From contig JBDRMB010000015.1 of NCBI GenBank assembly GCA_043812455.1, positions 1 through 56,162 of the forward strand: DNA of 56,162 bases. The letters are read 5' to 3'. This DNA is from an archaeon. Lineage in GTDB: Archaea > Nanobdellota > Nanobdellia > Woesearchaeales > GW2011-AR9. Within the stretch, counting starts at the first letter, position 1. Every line of letters begins with the position of its first letter. The notes beneath the pieces were generated by a model, which was not told the origin of the DNA, ran no database searches, and saw only the letters and a list, made by a program, of their open reading frames with translations. Position numbers and translations under genes: made by a program. Positions 9,484 to 19,408 of the stretch are shown here, in pieces.

Positions 9484-11361
9484 TTATTCCTCCTTCTTCT
9501 CTTCGAATTCAGCATCTACTACTTTTTCACCTTTCTCTTTCTTTTCCTTTTTTGGTTGTTCTTTTCCTTCAGCTTTTGCAGCCTCGGCTTGTTGAGCAGC
9601 AGCAGCTTCTTGATAGATCTTAGTTCCGATCTCTTGAACTTTCTTGTTCAACTCTTCAATCTTTTTCTCAATCTCTTCAGCTTCACTTTTCTCTTTAGCT
9701 TCTTCCAAAGCTTTCAGCTTCTCTTCAATTTCTTTTTTAGTTTTATCGTCAACCTTATCTTTATGCTCTTCAAGAACTTTTTTAGTCTGGTAGATTAAAG
9801 ATTCTGCTTTGTTATCTGCTTCGATCTTAGCTTTCTTTTTAGTATCTTCAGCTTCGTTCTTTTTAGCTTCTTCTTTCATCTTATCAATCTCCGCTGAGCT
9901 AAGAGTGGTAGAACCAGTGATCTGGATTTTCTGTTCTTTACCAGTACCTAAATCTTTAGCACTAACATTTACGATACCATTAGCGTCAATATCAAAAGTA
10001 ACTTCAATCTGTGGAACTCCTCGTGGTGCTGGAGGGATTCCTACTAAATCAAATTGACCTAAGACTTTATTATCAGCAAACATTGACCTTTCTCCTTGAC
10101 CAATCCTGATTGTTACTGCTGGTTGATTATCTGCAGCAGTACTGAACACTTGAGATTTTTTGGTAGGGATGGTAGTGTTTCTGTCAATAAGTTTAGTAAA
10201 TACTCCACCTAAAGTTTCAATACCTAAACTTAATGGTGTAACGTCAAGCAACAGAACATCTTTCACGTCACCCACAATAACTCCTGCTTGGATTGCAGCT
10301 CCGATTGCTACTGCTTCGTCAGGGTTAACAGATTTGTCACCTTCTTTACCAACTAGGCCTTTTACCATCTCTTCAACGGCAGGGATTCTGGTGGAACCGC
10401 CAACAAAAATGATCTTATCAATTTTGTTAGCGTCCAGACCAGCATCTTTTAGGGCATTTTTGGTAGGAATTTTTAGTCTTTTAATTATGTCAGCAATCAA
10501 TTCTTCAAACTTAGCTCTAGTAAGTTCTTCTTTGATATGTTTCGGACCGTTCTGGTCAGCAGTTATGAACGGAATACTAATTTCTACTTTGGTTTTGCTA
10601 GACAATTCAATCTTAGCTTTCTCAGCAGCTTCTTTTAATCTTTGAATTGCAGTAGGGTCGCTGTTTAAGTTAATCCCCGTAGATTTTTTGAAATTGTCAG
10701 TTAAATGGTCCATAACTATCTGATCAACATCATCACCACCTAACATGTTATCTCCGTTAGTAGATTTAACTTGGAAAACTCCATCACCAAGTTCTAAGAT
10801 AGAAACGTCAAAAGTACCGCCACCAAAGTCAAATACTAAAATGGTATGTTCTTTTTCTTGTTTGTCCAAACCGTATGCTAAACTTGCAGCTGTCGGTTCG
10901 TTAACTATTCTTAATACGTTAAGACCGGCAATATCTCCGGCATTTTTAGTAGCTTGTCTTTGAGAATCGTTAAAATAAGCGGGTACAGTAATAACTGCAT
11001 TGTTAACTGGTCGGCCAAGGTAAGCTTCAGCGTCTCTCTTTAATTTCTGTAAAATCATTGCAGAAATCTCTTCAGGAGTATAATCTTTACCGTCTAGTTC
11101 AATCTTTTCGTTAGTACCCATCTTTCTTTTGATAGATCTGATAGTGTGTGATGGATCAACTATTGCTTGGTTTCGTGCTATTTGTCCGACAGTAACTTCA
11201 CCGTCTCTGATGTGTACTACACTTGGGGTTGTTCTGGTACCTTCAGCGTTAGTAATAATGTTAGCTTTTCCACCTTCTAATACTGCCATTGCAGAAAAAG
11301 TGGTACCTAAATCAATACCGATAGTTGCACCGGTTACATTTTTTTTATTTTCGTCTGTCAT
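9484..11361 (-). CDS. dnaK: Chaperone DnaK (Hsp70)
   Basis: [64 protein letters not shown]. Confidence 0.98.
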   Translation of the reverse strand: MTDENKKNVTGATIGIDLGTTFSAMAVLEGGKANIITNAEGTRTTPSVVHIRDGEVTVGQIARNQAIVDPSHTIRSIKRKMGTNEKIELDGKDYTPEEISAMILQKLKRDAEAYLGRPVNNAVITVPAYFNDSQRQATKNAGDIAGLNVLRIVNEPTAASLAYGLDKQEKEHTILVFDFGGGTFDVSILELGDGVFQVKSTNGDNMLGGDDVDQIVMDHLTDNFKKSTGINLNSDPTAIQRLKEAAEKAKIELSSKTKVEISIPFITADQNGPKHIKEELTRAKFEELIADIIKRLKIPTKNALKDAGLDANKIDKIIFVGGSTRIPAVEEMVKGLVGKEGDKSVNPDEAVAIGAAIQAGVIVGDVKDVLLLDVTPLSLGIETLGGVFTKLIDRNTTIPTKKSQVFSTAADNQPAVTIRIGQGERSMFADNKVLGQFDLVGIPPAPRGVPQIEVTFDIDANGIVNVSAKDLGTGKEQKIQITGSTTLSSAEIDKMKEEAKKNEAEDTKKKAKIEADNKAESLIYQTKKVLEEHKDKVDDKTKKEIEEKLKALEEAKEKSEAEEIEKKIEELNKKVQEIGTKIYQEAAAAQQAEAAKAEGKEQPKKEKKEKGEKVVDAEFEEKKEE

Positions 11362-11418
11362 TTTGGATATTCCTCCCTGATTGTTATTTTGTTTTTACTT
11401 TTGTTAATTTTTTAGAGC

Positions 11419-11976
11419 TTATTTTTTTGTTTTATTATCATTAGGACATTTACATCCTTTACCAGAACTTAATTTTACTTTGGCATGTCTGATAACTTTC
11501 TCATTTAACATGAAACCTTTCTGAAACTCTTCTATGATTGCGTTTTCAGGTAGTTCTGAATTTTCTTTCATAAGCGCTTCATGAATGTAAGGGTCAAATT
11601 GTTGTTCTTTCTTTGCTTCGATGGTTTTGATACCATTATCTTTTAACATTGTAAACAATTGAGAATAAATCAATTCAATGCCTTTGATGAATTCTTCTTT
11701 GTTCTCAGTATTCTTTAGTGCTAATTCAAAATTGTCTAGCACTGGCAAGATCTGTAAAATCAGATCTTTGTTAGCTAACTCTTGAAATTCTTCTACACGC
11801 TTTTCTGTTTGTTTTCGATAATTTTCAAAATTGGCTTGAGTTCTTTGTAAAAGATCTCGCATTTCAGCTAAAGGGTTTTCTATCGGATCTTGGATTTGCT
11901 CAGGTTCTTGTTCAGAACTGGTTTGATCTTCTTTCTGTTCCTTTTCAACTGTTTTTTTGCTTTTTTCACTTCTCAT
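11419..11976 (-). CDS. grpE: Nucleotide exchange factor GrpE
   Basis: RTQANFENYRK, LPVLDNFELAL, FDPYIHEA, QKGFMLNEKVIRHAKV; upstream of dnaK. Confidence 0.96.
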   Translation of the reverse strand: MRSEKSKKTVEKEQKEDQTSSEQEPEQIQDPIENPLAEMRDLLQRTQANFENYRKQTEKRVEEFQELANKDLILQILPVLDNFELALKNTENKEEFIKGIELIYSQLFTMLKDNGIKTIEAKKEQQFDPYIHEALMKENSELPENAIIEEFQKGFMLNEKVIRHAKVKLSSGKGCKCPNDNKTKK

Positions 11977-12001
11977 CTTAATAACCTCAAATTATTGTTT
12001 G

Positions 12002-12054
12002 GTTGACCTTAAATCAACACAGAAGGTCTAAAATGCATCTAGTATATAAACTTT
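12002..12054 (-). promoter_or_regulatory. grpE-dnaK promoter (BRE/TATA) with overlapping inverted repeats
   Basis: Minus-strand AAAAGTTTATATA at about 12043-12054; GTTGA-N7-TCAAC (12002-12018) and GACCTT-N12-AAGGTC (12005-12028) near the expected TSS. Confidence 0.5.
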
Positions 12055-12165
12055 TTGGGAAATGTTTAAAAACTCAAACATACTACTATCCAAATACGCC
12101 AAATTTTAAGCAATATTTTACGATGCCTAAGATTGATTAGATTGCCAAAATTGGCTAATCACAAA

Positions 12166-12561
12166 ATGGTACACAAAGTTACAATTCTGAAAATCAGAAG
12201 AAGTCATGCAGAAAACATTAACCAAGAATTACAATGGTTAGGTAATTCATTAGGTTTGTTTAGTTTACGAGATCGGAATAGTAGTTGTTTCAGGGTGTTT
12301 ATTATTTTGGTACGTAAAGCTAAAAGGAATGAAGTTATTTCTTCAGATGATATTGCAGAACGGTTGAATTTGACTCGGGGTACTGTAGTACATCATTTGA
12401 ATACTTTAATGGGTGCTGGATTAGTGATTAAGGAACAAAGTGGTTATATTCTTAGAGAAAGAGATTTGGAACGTGTAATTGTTGCCATTAAACGCGAGTT
12501 GGATGCTTCCATGCAAGATTTGATTGACGTTGCTCGTGATGTTGATCAGAAGTTGGGTTAG
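12166..12561 (+). CDS. Winged-helix (ArsR/TrmB-like) transcriptional regulator
   Basis: SSDDIAERLNLTRGTVVHHLNTLMGAGLV HTH; divergent from grpE. Confidence 0.8.
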   Translation: MVHKVTILKIRRSHAENINQELQWLGNSLGLFSLRDRNSSCFRVFIILVRKAKRNEVISSDDIAERLNLTRGTVVHHLNTLMGAGLVIKEQSGYILRERDLERVIVAIKRELDASMQDLIDVARDVDQKLG

Positions 12562-12633
12562 AAATAGTTTTTCTAGTGTTTAATTTTTTTTAATAGACAA
12601 TATTTAAAAATAAGCTATTAAATTATCTCTTCT

Positions 12634-13578
12634 ATGGTAGTAAATAAACTAGGTGTAACTCAAAAATTAGAAGAATTAGCTTCAGAAAATTCTCTAAACA
12701 GTTCTATCTCAGTTCTAAATCTACCTGCGATGAGATATTGCGAAAGAAGCTGTCCTGGTTGCGTAACTGGCGAAATGTCTGCAGATCCTGATAAGCGTAT
12801 GAATTATGCTGAAATTTTGGACGTTATGGATTATTTTTCAGATCATTTAGGTACAAAAATAGTTACAATTAATGGAAGAGGAGATCCTTTTCATCCTCAA
12901 GTTAAGGATGAAACTTTGCTGAAAGTTAATCATGCAGCTCTTAAACGACAAATTCCTTACGTTTTTACTTCTGGTGATAATCTTGACCAAGAAACTTGTG
13001 ATGTTCTTGCAAGTTGTGGTGCAAATGTAATGGTTAGTTTATTTGGTAATAGGTTTATTGATGAGAATTTCTTTGATGAAAAACAGTATTCTGGAAGAAA
13101 TGGTGTGGTTGCAGATAATCTTAGAAAATTAATCAGTACTTATGCACAAGGAGAGTGGCAACCAGAAGCAGGTCTTACTCGTTTAGGTATGAATTATGTT
13201 ATTACTGAAATGGATCTTGCAGATAATGGTGAAAAAGTTGCAAGATTACGTGATGCTGCTAATGAAAATGGATTATTCTTTGTCTGTAACGTTGATTTTG
13301 GTAATGATGGGCCAGAGTTGAGAAGTTTGGCTAAAAGTCTGAGTAACTTTAGCTTAGACCATAGCACTTTTGTAGATGGAGTTTGTCATATGGGTGCTGG
13401 TTCTTCTGCAACAATAGATTATGATGGGGCAATTCTTAGATGTCCTTATTTAGCAAATGAAATGAATGATGGAAATTTTTTTCAAATGTCTGAGCAAGAG
13501 CGGAGTGCATTATTTATTGGTTACATGTATGATAAAAAATTTTCTTGTGTGTTAAGAGAAAGACCTAAATCCTCTTAA
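12634..13578 (+). CDS. Radical SAM protein with SPASM/twitch-like C-terminus
   Basis: CERSCPGC (CxxxCxxC), GRGDP, C-terminal CHMG...IDYDGAILRCP. Confidence 0.85.
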   Translation: MVVNKLGVTQKLEELASENSLNSSISVLNLPAMRYCERSCPGCVTGEMSADPDKRMNYAEILDVMDYFSDHLGTKIVTINGRGDPFHPQVKDETLLKVNHAALKRQIPYVFTSGDNLDQETCDVLASCGANVMVSLFGNRFIDENFFDEKQYSGRNGVVADNLRKLISTYAQGEWQPEAGLTRLGMNYVITEMDLADNGEKVARLRDAANENGLFFVCNVDFGNDGPELRSLAKSLSNFSLDHSTFVDGVCHMGAGSSATIDYDGAILRCPYLANEMNDGNFFQMSEQERSALFIGYMYDKKFSCVLRERPKSS

Positions 13579-14044
13579 TCATAAACGAGAACGCTTCACT
13601 GCCAGTAACGGAAATTATTAAAACAACAAGTCCAGCAATTAATACACCAATAATTGCGGCAATCAAATAATCTCTGAACTTAAATCCGAGTAAATATGCA
13701 CCTAAAGCTCCAGAATATACTCCACTGCCTGGGAGGGGAATTCCTATTGCAATTGCCATTCCTAAAATCCCATATTTTTCAACATAAGGGTGGATTTTTT
13801 TTTGAGTTCGTTCTACAACCTTATAATAGATTTTTTCAACAAATTTAATTCGTAAAAAGAAATGCATAACGTGATTAACAAAAAGGTACAAAATTGGTGC
13901 TAAAGCAATGTTTACCATGGTGCAAATGATAAATACCTGGGCAATAGTAAAATCAGTATTAAAAATTCCGTAAGGAATAGATGCCCTTAGTTCAAGAAAA
14001 GGTAATATTGTTAGAACAATTAGGATTAGGAAATCTTTTAACAT
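13565..14044 (-). CDS. Putative small multidrug export family membrane protein
   Basis: LPFLELRASIPYG and IGIPLPGSGVYSGAL motifs. Confidence 0.85.
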   Translation of the reverse strand: MLKDFLILIVLTILPFLELRASIPYGIFNTDFTIAQVFIICTMVNIALAPILYLFVNHVMHFFLRIKFVEKIYYKVVERTQKKIHPYVEKYGILGMAIAIGIPLPGSGVYSGALGAYLLGFKFRDYLIAAIIGVLIAGLVVLIISVTGSEAFSFMIKRI

Positions 14045-15272
14045 TTTTTATATTTTCTAATTTATTACATAAATCTGTTTGATTTTTTCTTTTTAGAAGT
14101 CTTTTAATTTGATGTTGGTTTAAAATCTTTGTGTTTTTTGTTTCTAAGTTCCTATGCTTAAACATACACCAAAATTCTAGTTTATTACAGTGTGGCTTAT
14201 AATTTTTAATATCTTGATCAATACTTTTACAAAAAGCATTAAGTTTAGCATCTATTATTTTGTCAATGATCAATGAATTATCTTTCAGAACAACTATATC
14301 AGGTATTTTTCTATTGTTCAGTGTTGGTTTTATCAATACATTTTTGTATAATCTTTTACAAGTCTCTATCACTAAATTTTCCCATTCTTCCCATCGCTCA
14401 TCGTTATAACCATAGTGTGGTTCATGACCTAATTTTTTCAGAAACGAGTTATATCCATCAAAGTGTCGATATATTGCAGCCAAAAGTCTTGGATTCTTGT
14501 AGCTAAGCTCTCTAATTGTTGGTGGTTCATGTCTTCCTCTCATGAATTCATTAAATTTGTTAACACATTTTTCTGGTCCCCAATTGAGGGTATTTAAGGG
14601 AAGATTTAGTTCCTTTAGAAATTTATTATATTTACCGTAGTTAAGAAGAATTCCTCCAAGAAGTCCATAATTAATTTTTCTAAGTTCTTCAGAAGTTGGA
14701 ACTTTATTGATAGTACTAGTAATTTTTAAAAATTCATTCTTACATGATTTTTTATTCCATTTGATCTCGAAATTTGGTTTTAATCCTTGTTCATTTAGAA
14801 AATTGGAGTATGTTCCCCATTTTCTTCTGATAGCTTTGTGTAAACCAGTGCAAACATTGAGATCTTTTTGTGTAGGAACTTTATCTATCTTAATCTCATT
14901 AAATCTATTAATACAATCCCTTTTAGTCCATCTTTTGATGTTTTGTTTGATGTTTAAGTTGCTAAGAAAATTATTGTAAGTCTGCCATTCTCTGCTTATG
15001 GCATCTAACATTCCAGAATGATTTTTCTTTAAATCATTATATCTTGGAGTTCTGCATAAATCTAATTTAATTTTATAGAATGTTTTAATTATAGTTTCTT
15101 TTTTCCATTTAGAAATTTTTTCTTTTTTAAGATTAAGTTTTCTAGATTGATTTTTGATAGATTCTTTTGTTCTTCCTAGCGTTTTAGCAATATTATTAGC
15201 AGTAAGTTGGGAATATTTATCAACAAGAAAATTAATTTCCTCTTTACTCCATTTTTTATGAGCATGGGGCAT
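13992..15272 (-). CDS. Protein with homing-endonuclease-associated repeats and a C-terminal PD-(D/E)xK nuclease-like domain
   Basis: Four ~55-aa repeats of form W..E/K.C...F...PT..EL...GL..AI.R.WG.YN.FL; C-terminal IPDIVV...IIDAKLN. Confidence 0.7.
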   Translation of the reverse strand: MPHAHKKWSKEEINFLVDKYSQLTANNIAKTLGRTKESIKNQSRKLNLKKEKISKWKKETIIKTFYKIKLDLCRTPRYNDLKKNHSGMLDAISREWQTYNNFLSNLNIKQNIKRWTKRDCINRFNEIKIDKVPTQKDLNVCTGLHKAIRRKWGTYSNFLNEQGLKPNFEIKWNKKSCKNEFLKITSTINKVPTSEELRKINYGLLGGILLNYGKYNKFLKELNLPLNTLNWGPEKCVNKFNEFMRGRHEPPTIRELSYKNPRLLAAIYRHFDGYNSFLKKLGHEPHYGYNDERWEEWENLVIETCKRLYKNVLIKPTLNNRKIPDIVVLKDNSLIIDKIIDAKLNAFCKSIDQDIKNYKPHCNKLEFWCMFKHRNLETKNTKILNQHQIKRLLKRKNQTDLCNKLENIKNVKRFPNPNCSNNITFS

Positions 15273-15364
15273 AATTGTATTATAAAAAAGGTCATTTAAA
15301 TAGTTTTTCGGAACTTGACCAGTGGGTGTGTGGTCATTTATTAAGAAAAACAGAAATTAAGGAA

Positions 15365-15487
15365 CTAAACTTTTATCCTTCCGTGGCAATATGGGCAATA
15401 AATCCCTTTTAACCCGGTAAAGATCAAACTCACGAATTTGTTCCTACAATGAGGACAATCCAGATGTTTTTGTGGAATTTTAATCAC
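15365..15487 (-). CDS. Small zinc-ribbon protein (40 aa), not in ORF track
   Basis: Manual translation (M)IKIPQKHLDCPHCRNKFVSLIFTGLKGIYCPYCHGRIKV with two CPxC knuckles; AGGTGA SD-like sequence overlaps the start; exact start uncertain. Confidence 0.7.
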   Translation of the reverse strand: MIKIPQKHLDCPHCRNKFVSLIFTGLKGIYCPYCHGRIKV

Positions 15488-15508
15488 CTATTTTTTTGTT
15501 TGAAATGT

Positions 15509-15766
15509 TTAACGTAAGTGGTCATACCTATCTGCTAAAGCCTTAAGATAGTTAGGATCTTCAGGAGCTAATCTTAACCTGTCTGGTGTATCTTTAATAG
15601 TATAACTACCACTTTCAAGATGTTGTCCTATTGGTTGACCTTCTATATTACAATCAATCATTCCTACATACATACTACCACTAGTAGTAGCATCACCAAA
15701 AACTTCAGCTGCAAGTTGTGCCGCAAAATCTTCTTTTTCTTCTTGTCTTAAATATCTGTTATTCAT
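15509..15766 (-). CDS. Hypothetical protein
   Basis: ORF from ATG 15766 (MNNRYLRQ...), preceded by a TATA-like sequence. Confidence 0.55.
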   Translation of the reverse strand: MNNRYLRQEEKEDFAAQLAAEVFGDATTSGSMYVGMIDCNIEGQPIGQHLESGSYTIKDTPDRLRLAPEDPNYLKALADRYDHLR

Positions 15767-15882
15767 TTTCGTTTTTATCTGCAGGTATATGTTATATATA
15801 AATATTTCCGTGATTTCTTTTATCATAACTGCAATATGTGTTTCAGAAACATTTAAATTGCTTAAATTTGTTCTTTTATGTT

Positions 15883-16710
15883 ATGGTAGTATTTGAAGGG
15901 GTGGAAAGTGAAGAGTTAGCTAATTTCTTGAGAAAAAGAAAATTCAGTCCTTTAGACATTAAAACTATTCATGAACAATTAAGATACAGTAAAGGTATCA
16001 AGAAGAAAGTTCTTTTGATTCTATATAATTCTGGCAAACTCTTGTTACAAGGCGATGCTGATGCTATTGAACTTACGGCAGAACAGTTGCGTGGTGCAGG
16101 TATCGGTAAAGAAGTCAAACAAATCAAGTTCAGGAAAGAATTAGGTTGGGTAATTGGTAGTGATGAATCTTTAAAAGGCGATACTTTCGGCGGTTTAGTT
16201 GTAGCTGCAGTGAAAGCTGATGATATGGTGCGAAAAGAATTGATTGCATTAGGGGTGGCAGATAGTAAAGTTCTCAATGATAAAGAGATTATTCAAATGG
16301 CAGAAAAAGTAAAAAGATTAGTACAGTGTGAGATAATTAACTTAACTCCAGAAGAATATAATCATAAAGACAATGAAGGAGTTACAAAATTAATGAACAA
16401 ATTGCATAAAAATGTTGCTAAGTATCTCAAACCGGGAACTCATGTTGTTGATAAATATCCTGGCTGCAGTGTTGGTGACATTATGGAAACAAAAGCTGAA
16501 AGTAAATTTGTGGAAGTGGCAGCAGCTTCCGTCTTGGCAAGAGCAACGGCATTACAACAGTTAAATTATTTGAGTAAGAAAGCTGGGTTTGCAATTCCGA
16601 AAGGTTCGACTCATGTGAAATGGGCACTTGAGGAGCTTAAAGAGAAAGGTTTGAACCCACGCGAGTTTGTCAAGTTGCATTTCAAAAATGTTGAAGAGTT
16701 TTTTGGGTGA
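15883..16710 (+). CDS. rnhC: Ribonuclease HIII-like (type 2 RNase H with N-terminal TBP-like domain)
   Basis: N-terminal LYNSGKLLLQG; catalytic IGSDESLKGDTFGGLVVAAV, GVADSKVL, KAESKFVEVAAASVLAR, PKGS. Confidence 0.8.
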   Translation: MVVFEGVESEELANFLRKRKFSPLDIKTIHEQLRYSKGIKKKVLLILYNSGKLLLQGDADAIELTAEQLRGAGIGKEVKQIKFRKELGWVIGSDESLKGDTFGGLVVAAVKADDMVRKELIALGVADSKVLNDKEIIQMAEKVKRLVQCEIINLTPEEYNHKDNEGVTKLMNKLHKNVAKYLKPGTHVVDKYPGCSVGDIMETKAESKFVEVAAASVLARATALQQLNYLSKKAGFAIPKGSTHVKWALEELKEKGLNPREFVKLHFKNVEEFFG

Positions 16711-16749
16711 AGTTATTTTCTTCCCTGTTTGACTATTTTATGTGTCATT

Positions 16750-17349
16750 TTATCTTAATTCAACAATAGGAATGTTTCCAAATCCATGTTCTCCTAATAT
16801 CTGTCTTGCTCTTTCAAGATAAGGTCCATTAACTGCAACTTGCTGTAAGTATTCTAAACTAACTTCTTTCGGGACTTCTATTGTATTAAAAGAATCTATA
16901 CTAACCTGAACACTTGGCCTTATGATACTTTTAGGAATATTAACTTCTAATAAAGCACCAATTCTCCCTTCCTCACTAGTACCCACATAAGCAGCTGCAG
17001 TGGAACGCTCACATGCAAGATATATAAACAAGATTCTATTTAATTCTCTATAATCAGATCTTTCTTCGATACTAATTGAATGCATTCCATATAATTGGAC
17101 AATGTCAGCTAGGGCTTCATCGTTTGCTAATACTTCATCAAGTTGAATACCGATGTCTCCCCTTAGAGTTCCATGTTCATGACTGACTCTTGCAGCTTTA
17201 GCAAATTTTTCTGTAAGAGAATCATACCTTTTCTTTTCCATAAACCAAATTTTGTCATTACCTCTATTATAATAAGCAACTATAGCTCCTTGTCTAGCTA
17301 TTCCTTCTAGATTCCTTGTTCCATGATATGCTTTGATTAGTTCTGTCAT
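16750..17349 (-). CDS. Hypothetical protein, possible ADP-ribosyltransferase-like fold
   Basis: AYHGT ... IYLA.ERSTAAAY ... LLEVNIP pattern. Confidence 0.5.
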   Translation of the reverse strand: MTELIKAYHGTRNLEGIARQGAIVAYYNRGNDKIWFMEKKRYDSLTEKFAKAARVSHEHGTLRGDIGIQLDEVLANDEALADIVQLYGMHSISIEERSDYRELNRILFIYLACERSTAAAYVGTSEEGRIGALLEVNIPKSIIRPSVQVSIDSFNTIEVPKEVSLEYLQQVAVNGPYLERARQILGEHGFGNIPIVELR

Positions 17350-18323
17350 TTTCTACTTCTTCCCCTCACCAAATCAGCTTCCAAATAACAACCATTTCTT
17401 TCAGCAATCCCAGCTTTCAAAATAACTGGCTCATAATTACCTAAAAAACCCTTATGACCTTCAATATTCATCCCATGTTCACTAGGGTGTATAACTCTAA
17501 TCCTCCTATAATCATGTTCCCTACCCCATTGCATAACTTTATTCAATACAAATCTCCTTGGACTCATTCCTAATTCATTTCCTAAACGAGAGTACTTTCT
17601 TTCATTTTCTAATTTCATTTGTTTTCCCTGTTCAGAATTTGCTCTTATTGGATCATGATAACCAAATCTCTTTCCTTGGATTGTCATAACATAAATATCT
17701 TTTTTAGCCCCATCAAGAAAAAAACTTACTTTTGCAATATATCCATTAGCACTGCTTACATGTCTTTCATCTCTTTTTGCTAATAAACACGCAATACCAA
17801 AATAATCATCAGTAACACCCATTACCAGTTCTAATTTTGTATTTCCTTCAGTATCAACAGAGCCAAATTCTTTGATAATATTCCTCCATGAATCATTAGT
17901 CTCATGAATAATTCGGCTATTTGTGTCGAACCTTTGAACAACATCCTCTAATGAAGGTTGAATTAATCCATGAAGTAAAAAATGTGGGTAACATAATTCA
18001 TTTGCATCTTCAGGAAATGGTTCAGCAAACCTTTCCATAGCCTGAGCTGTTGCGTTTGCATATTCTTTTGGAGAAACAGATTCTTCTAAATGTTCATATG
18101 CTCTTCTGAATAATTGCATTACCAATAGGGTATTATAACCAAAACGGATACCTATTGACTCCCTATTTAAAATTCCAGTTCCTGATTTTAAACACAAAGT
18201 TCCACTAACTGAAGAATCGTTGGCTGTCCACTCATTTAGTTTAAACCATTCCTCTGGTTTATTTGAATCTATTAAATATTCTTCAACTTTATCTGCAAAT
18301 CTTTGAGTATTTATTTTTACCAT
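17346..18323 (-). CDS. VirK/YbjX (DUF535)-like protein
   Basis: IYVMTIQG and LGMSPRRFVL resemble the family's I..LQG and G.RP..LL motifs; ATGA overlap with the next ORF. Confidence 0.55.
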   Translation of the reverse strand: MVKINTQRFADKVEEYLIDSNKPEEWFKLNEWTANDSSVSGTLCLKSGTGILNRESIGIRFGYNTLLVMQLFRRAYEHLEESVSPKEYANATAQAMERFAEPFPEDANELCYPHFLLHGLIQPSLEDVVQRFDTNSRIIHETNDSWRNIIKEFGSVDTEGNTKLELVMGVTDDYFGIACLLAKRDERHVSSANGYIAKVSFFLDGAKKDIYVMTIQGKRFGYHDPIRANSEQGKQMKLENERKYSRLGNELGMSPRRFVLNKVMQWGREHDYRRIRVIHPSEHGMNIEGHKGFLGNYEPVILKAGIAERNGCYLEADLVRGRSRK

Positions 18324-18380
18324 ATTCTTAAACCAAATTCTCTTCTACTTTCAGTTCCTCTACTATTGGTTGTTGTTCTG

Positions 18381-18512
18381 TCATTCTTCCAAATACCTCA
18401 TCAACGCAATCTCAACTAAGTGTGATCTGTTTCTAAGCATTCTATCTTTTAGCCGATCATCTAACTTAGAAATTAATTCTTCATCTACTGATACACTTAG
18501 TTTCTTCTTCAT
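18381..18512 (-). CDS. Ribbon-helix-helix (CopG/NikR-like) protein, 43 aa, not in ORF track
   Basis: Manual translation MKKKLSVSVDEELISKLDDRLKDRMLRNRSHLVEIALMRYLEE: alternating beta strand, helix, NRS turn, helix. Confidence 0.8.
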   Translation of the reverse strand: MKKKLSVSVDEELISKLDDRLKDRMLRNRSHLVEIALMRYLEE

Positions 18513-18677
18513 TCTTACTACTTTGTGGGACAATTTCTTATTTTTTTATAAATCTTTTGAGGACTTTACTACGCAGGAGTAATAATTTAGGTGAAGTAAA
18601 TAAAATCCCCTGTCCATTCCAAAATAAGCTTTCTACCGACAAAGTATTTTTAAAATCTAGAAGCACTTAGCTCAGTA

Positions 18678-19400
18678 ATGGGGACAAAGAGTAGTATTAT
18701 GGGGAAAAGGGTGTTAAGTTCTAGTTCTTGGGCAACTGTTGATAAATTTGATTCTCAAACTGAAGAACAAATCAAGAAAGAACTGATTCTAGGCTTTACT
18801 GAAGAGGGTGATTTAGTCTTTGACCCCTTTTTGGGTAACGGAGAAACTTTGTATGCTTGTCATAACCTTAACAGAAATGGGATCTCTTTAACTGACAATA
18901 ATGAAAAGTTTCACAGTATTAGTGAAGAAATCAAACGTTTAGAAAGTCAGTTACAATTAGGAGAATTTGGTGCCAAACTGAAAAGTAAACAATTGTTGCT
19001 GAAGAGTAAGTTAAAAGATTTTGATTATCTCTGGCAACAGTATAAGTTGCCTGAATTAAGTGTGGTTGTTTCATTTTTGCCTAACTGGAAAGTTTTGACC
19101 AATTTATCTGAGCAGGTTTATCCAGGACAAGGTTTTACAGTAATGCAATTTCTGGAAAAAGTTTTTACTGGAGTTAAGGAAAAGTTACGCTCTGGTACTT
19201 ATCTTTTGATTTTGCTGGAAAACGAATATCAAGATGGTAAATATCTAAATTATTCTAGCGAATTTATTGCTATGATGCAACAGCATTACCAATTGAAGGG
19301 TGAAAAGGTTATTGGTGTAACTTCGAAAGCTAGTAATGTCTTGAAGAATATGTTAGTTACTCACAAGAATTTGTTGGTGTTTAGGAAGATTGAGATTTAA
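18678..19400 (+). CDS. Degenerate N4/N6 DNA methyltransferase-like protein
   Basis: FTEEGDLVFDPFLGNGETLYAC (motif I) present; where (D/N/S)PPY is expected the sequence is VVVSFLPNW. Confidence 0.7.
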   Translation: MGTKSSIMGKRVLSSSSWATVDKFDSQTEEQIKKELILGFTEEGDLVFDPFLGNGETLYACHNLNRNGISLTDNNEKFHSISEEIKRLESQLQLGEFGAKLKSKQLLLKSKLKDFDYLWQQYKLPELSVVVSFLPNWKVLTNLSEQVYPGQGFTVMQFLEKVFTGVKEKLRSGTYLLILLENEYQDGKYLNYSSEFIAMMQQHYQLKGEKVIGVTSKASNVLKNMLVTHKNLLVFRKIEI

Positions 19401-19408
19401 GTAATAGT

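Noticed and set aside
9556-11380. Plus-strand ORFs antisense to dnaK
   Set aside because: Fragmented shadow frames of a highly conserved gene, with no independent motifs.
11977-12165. CIRCE/HrcA operator
   Set aside because: No TTAGCACTC-N9-GAGTGCTAA match, and the adjacent regulator is too short to be HrcA.
18370-18582. 70-aa plus-strand ORF from the track
   Set aside because: It is antisense to a convincing RHH gene on the minus strand.
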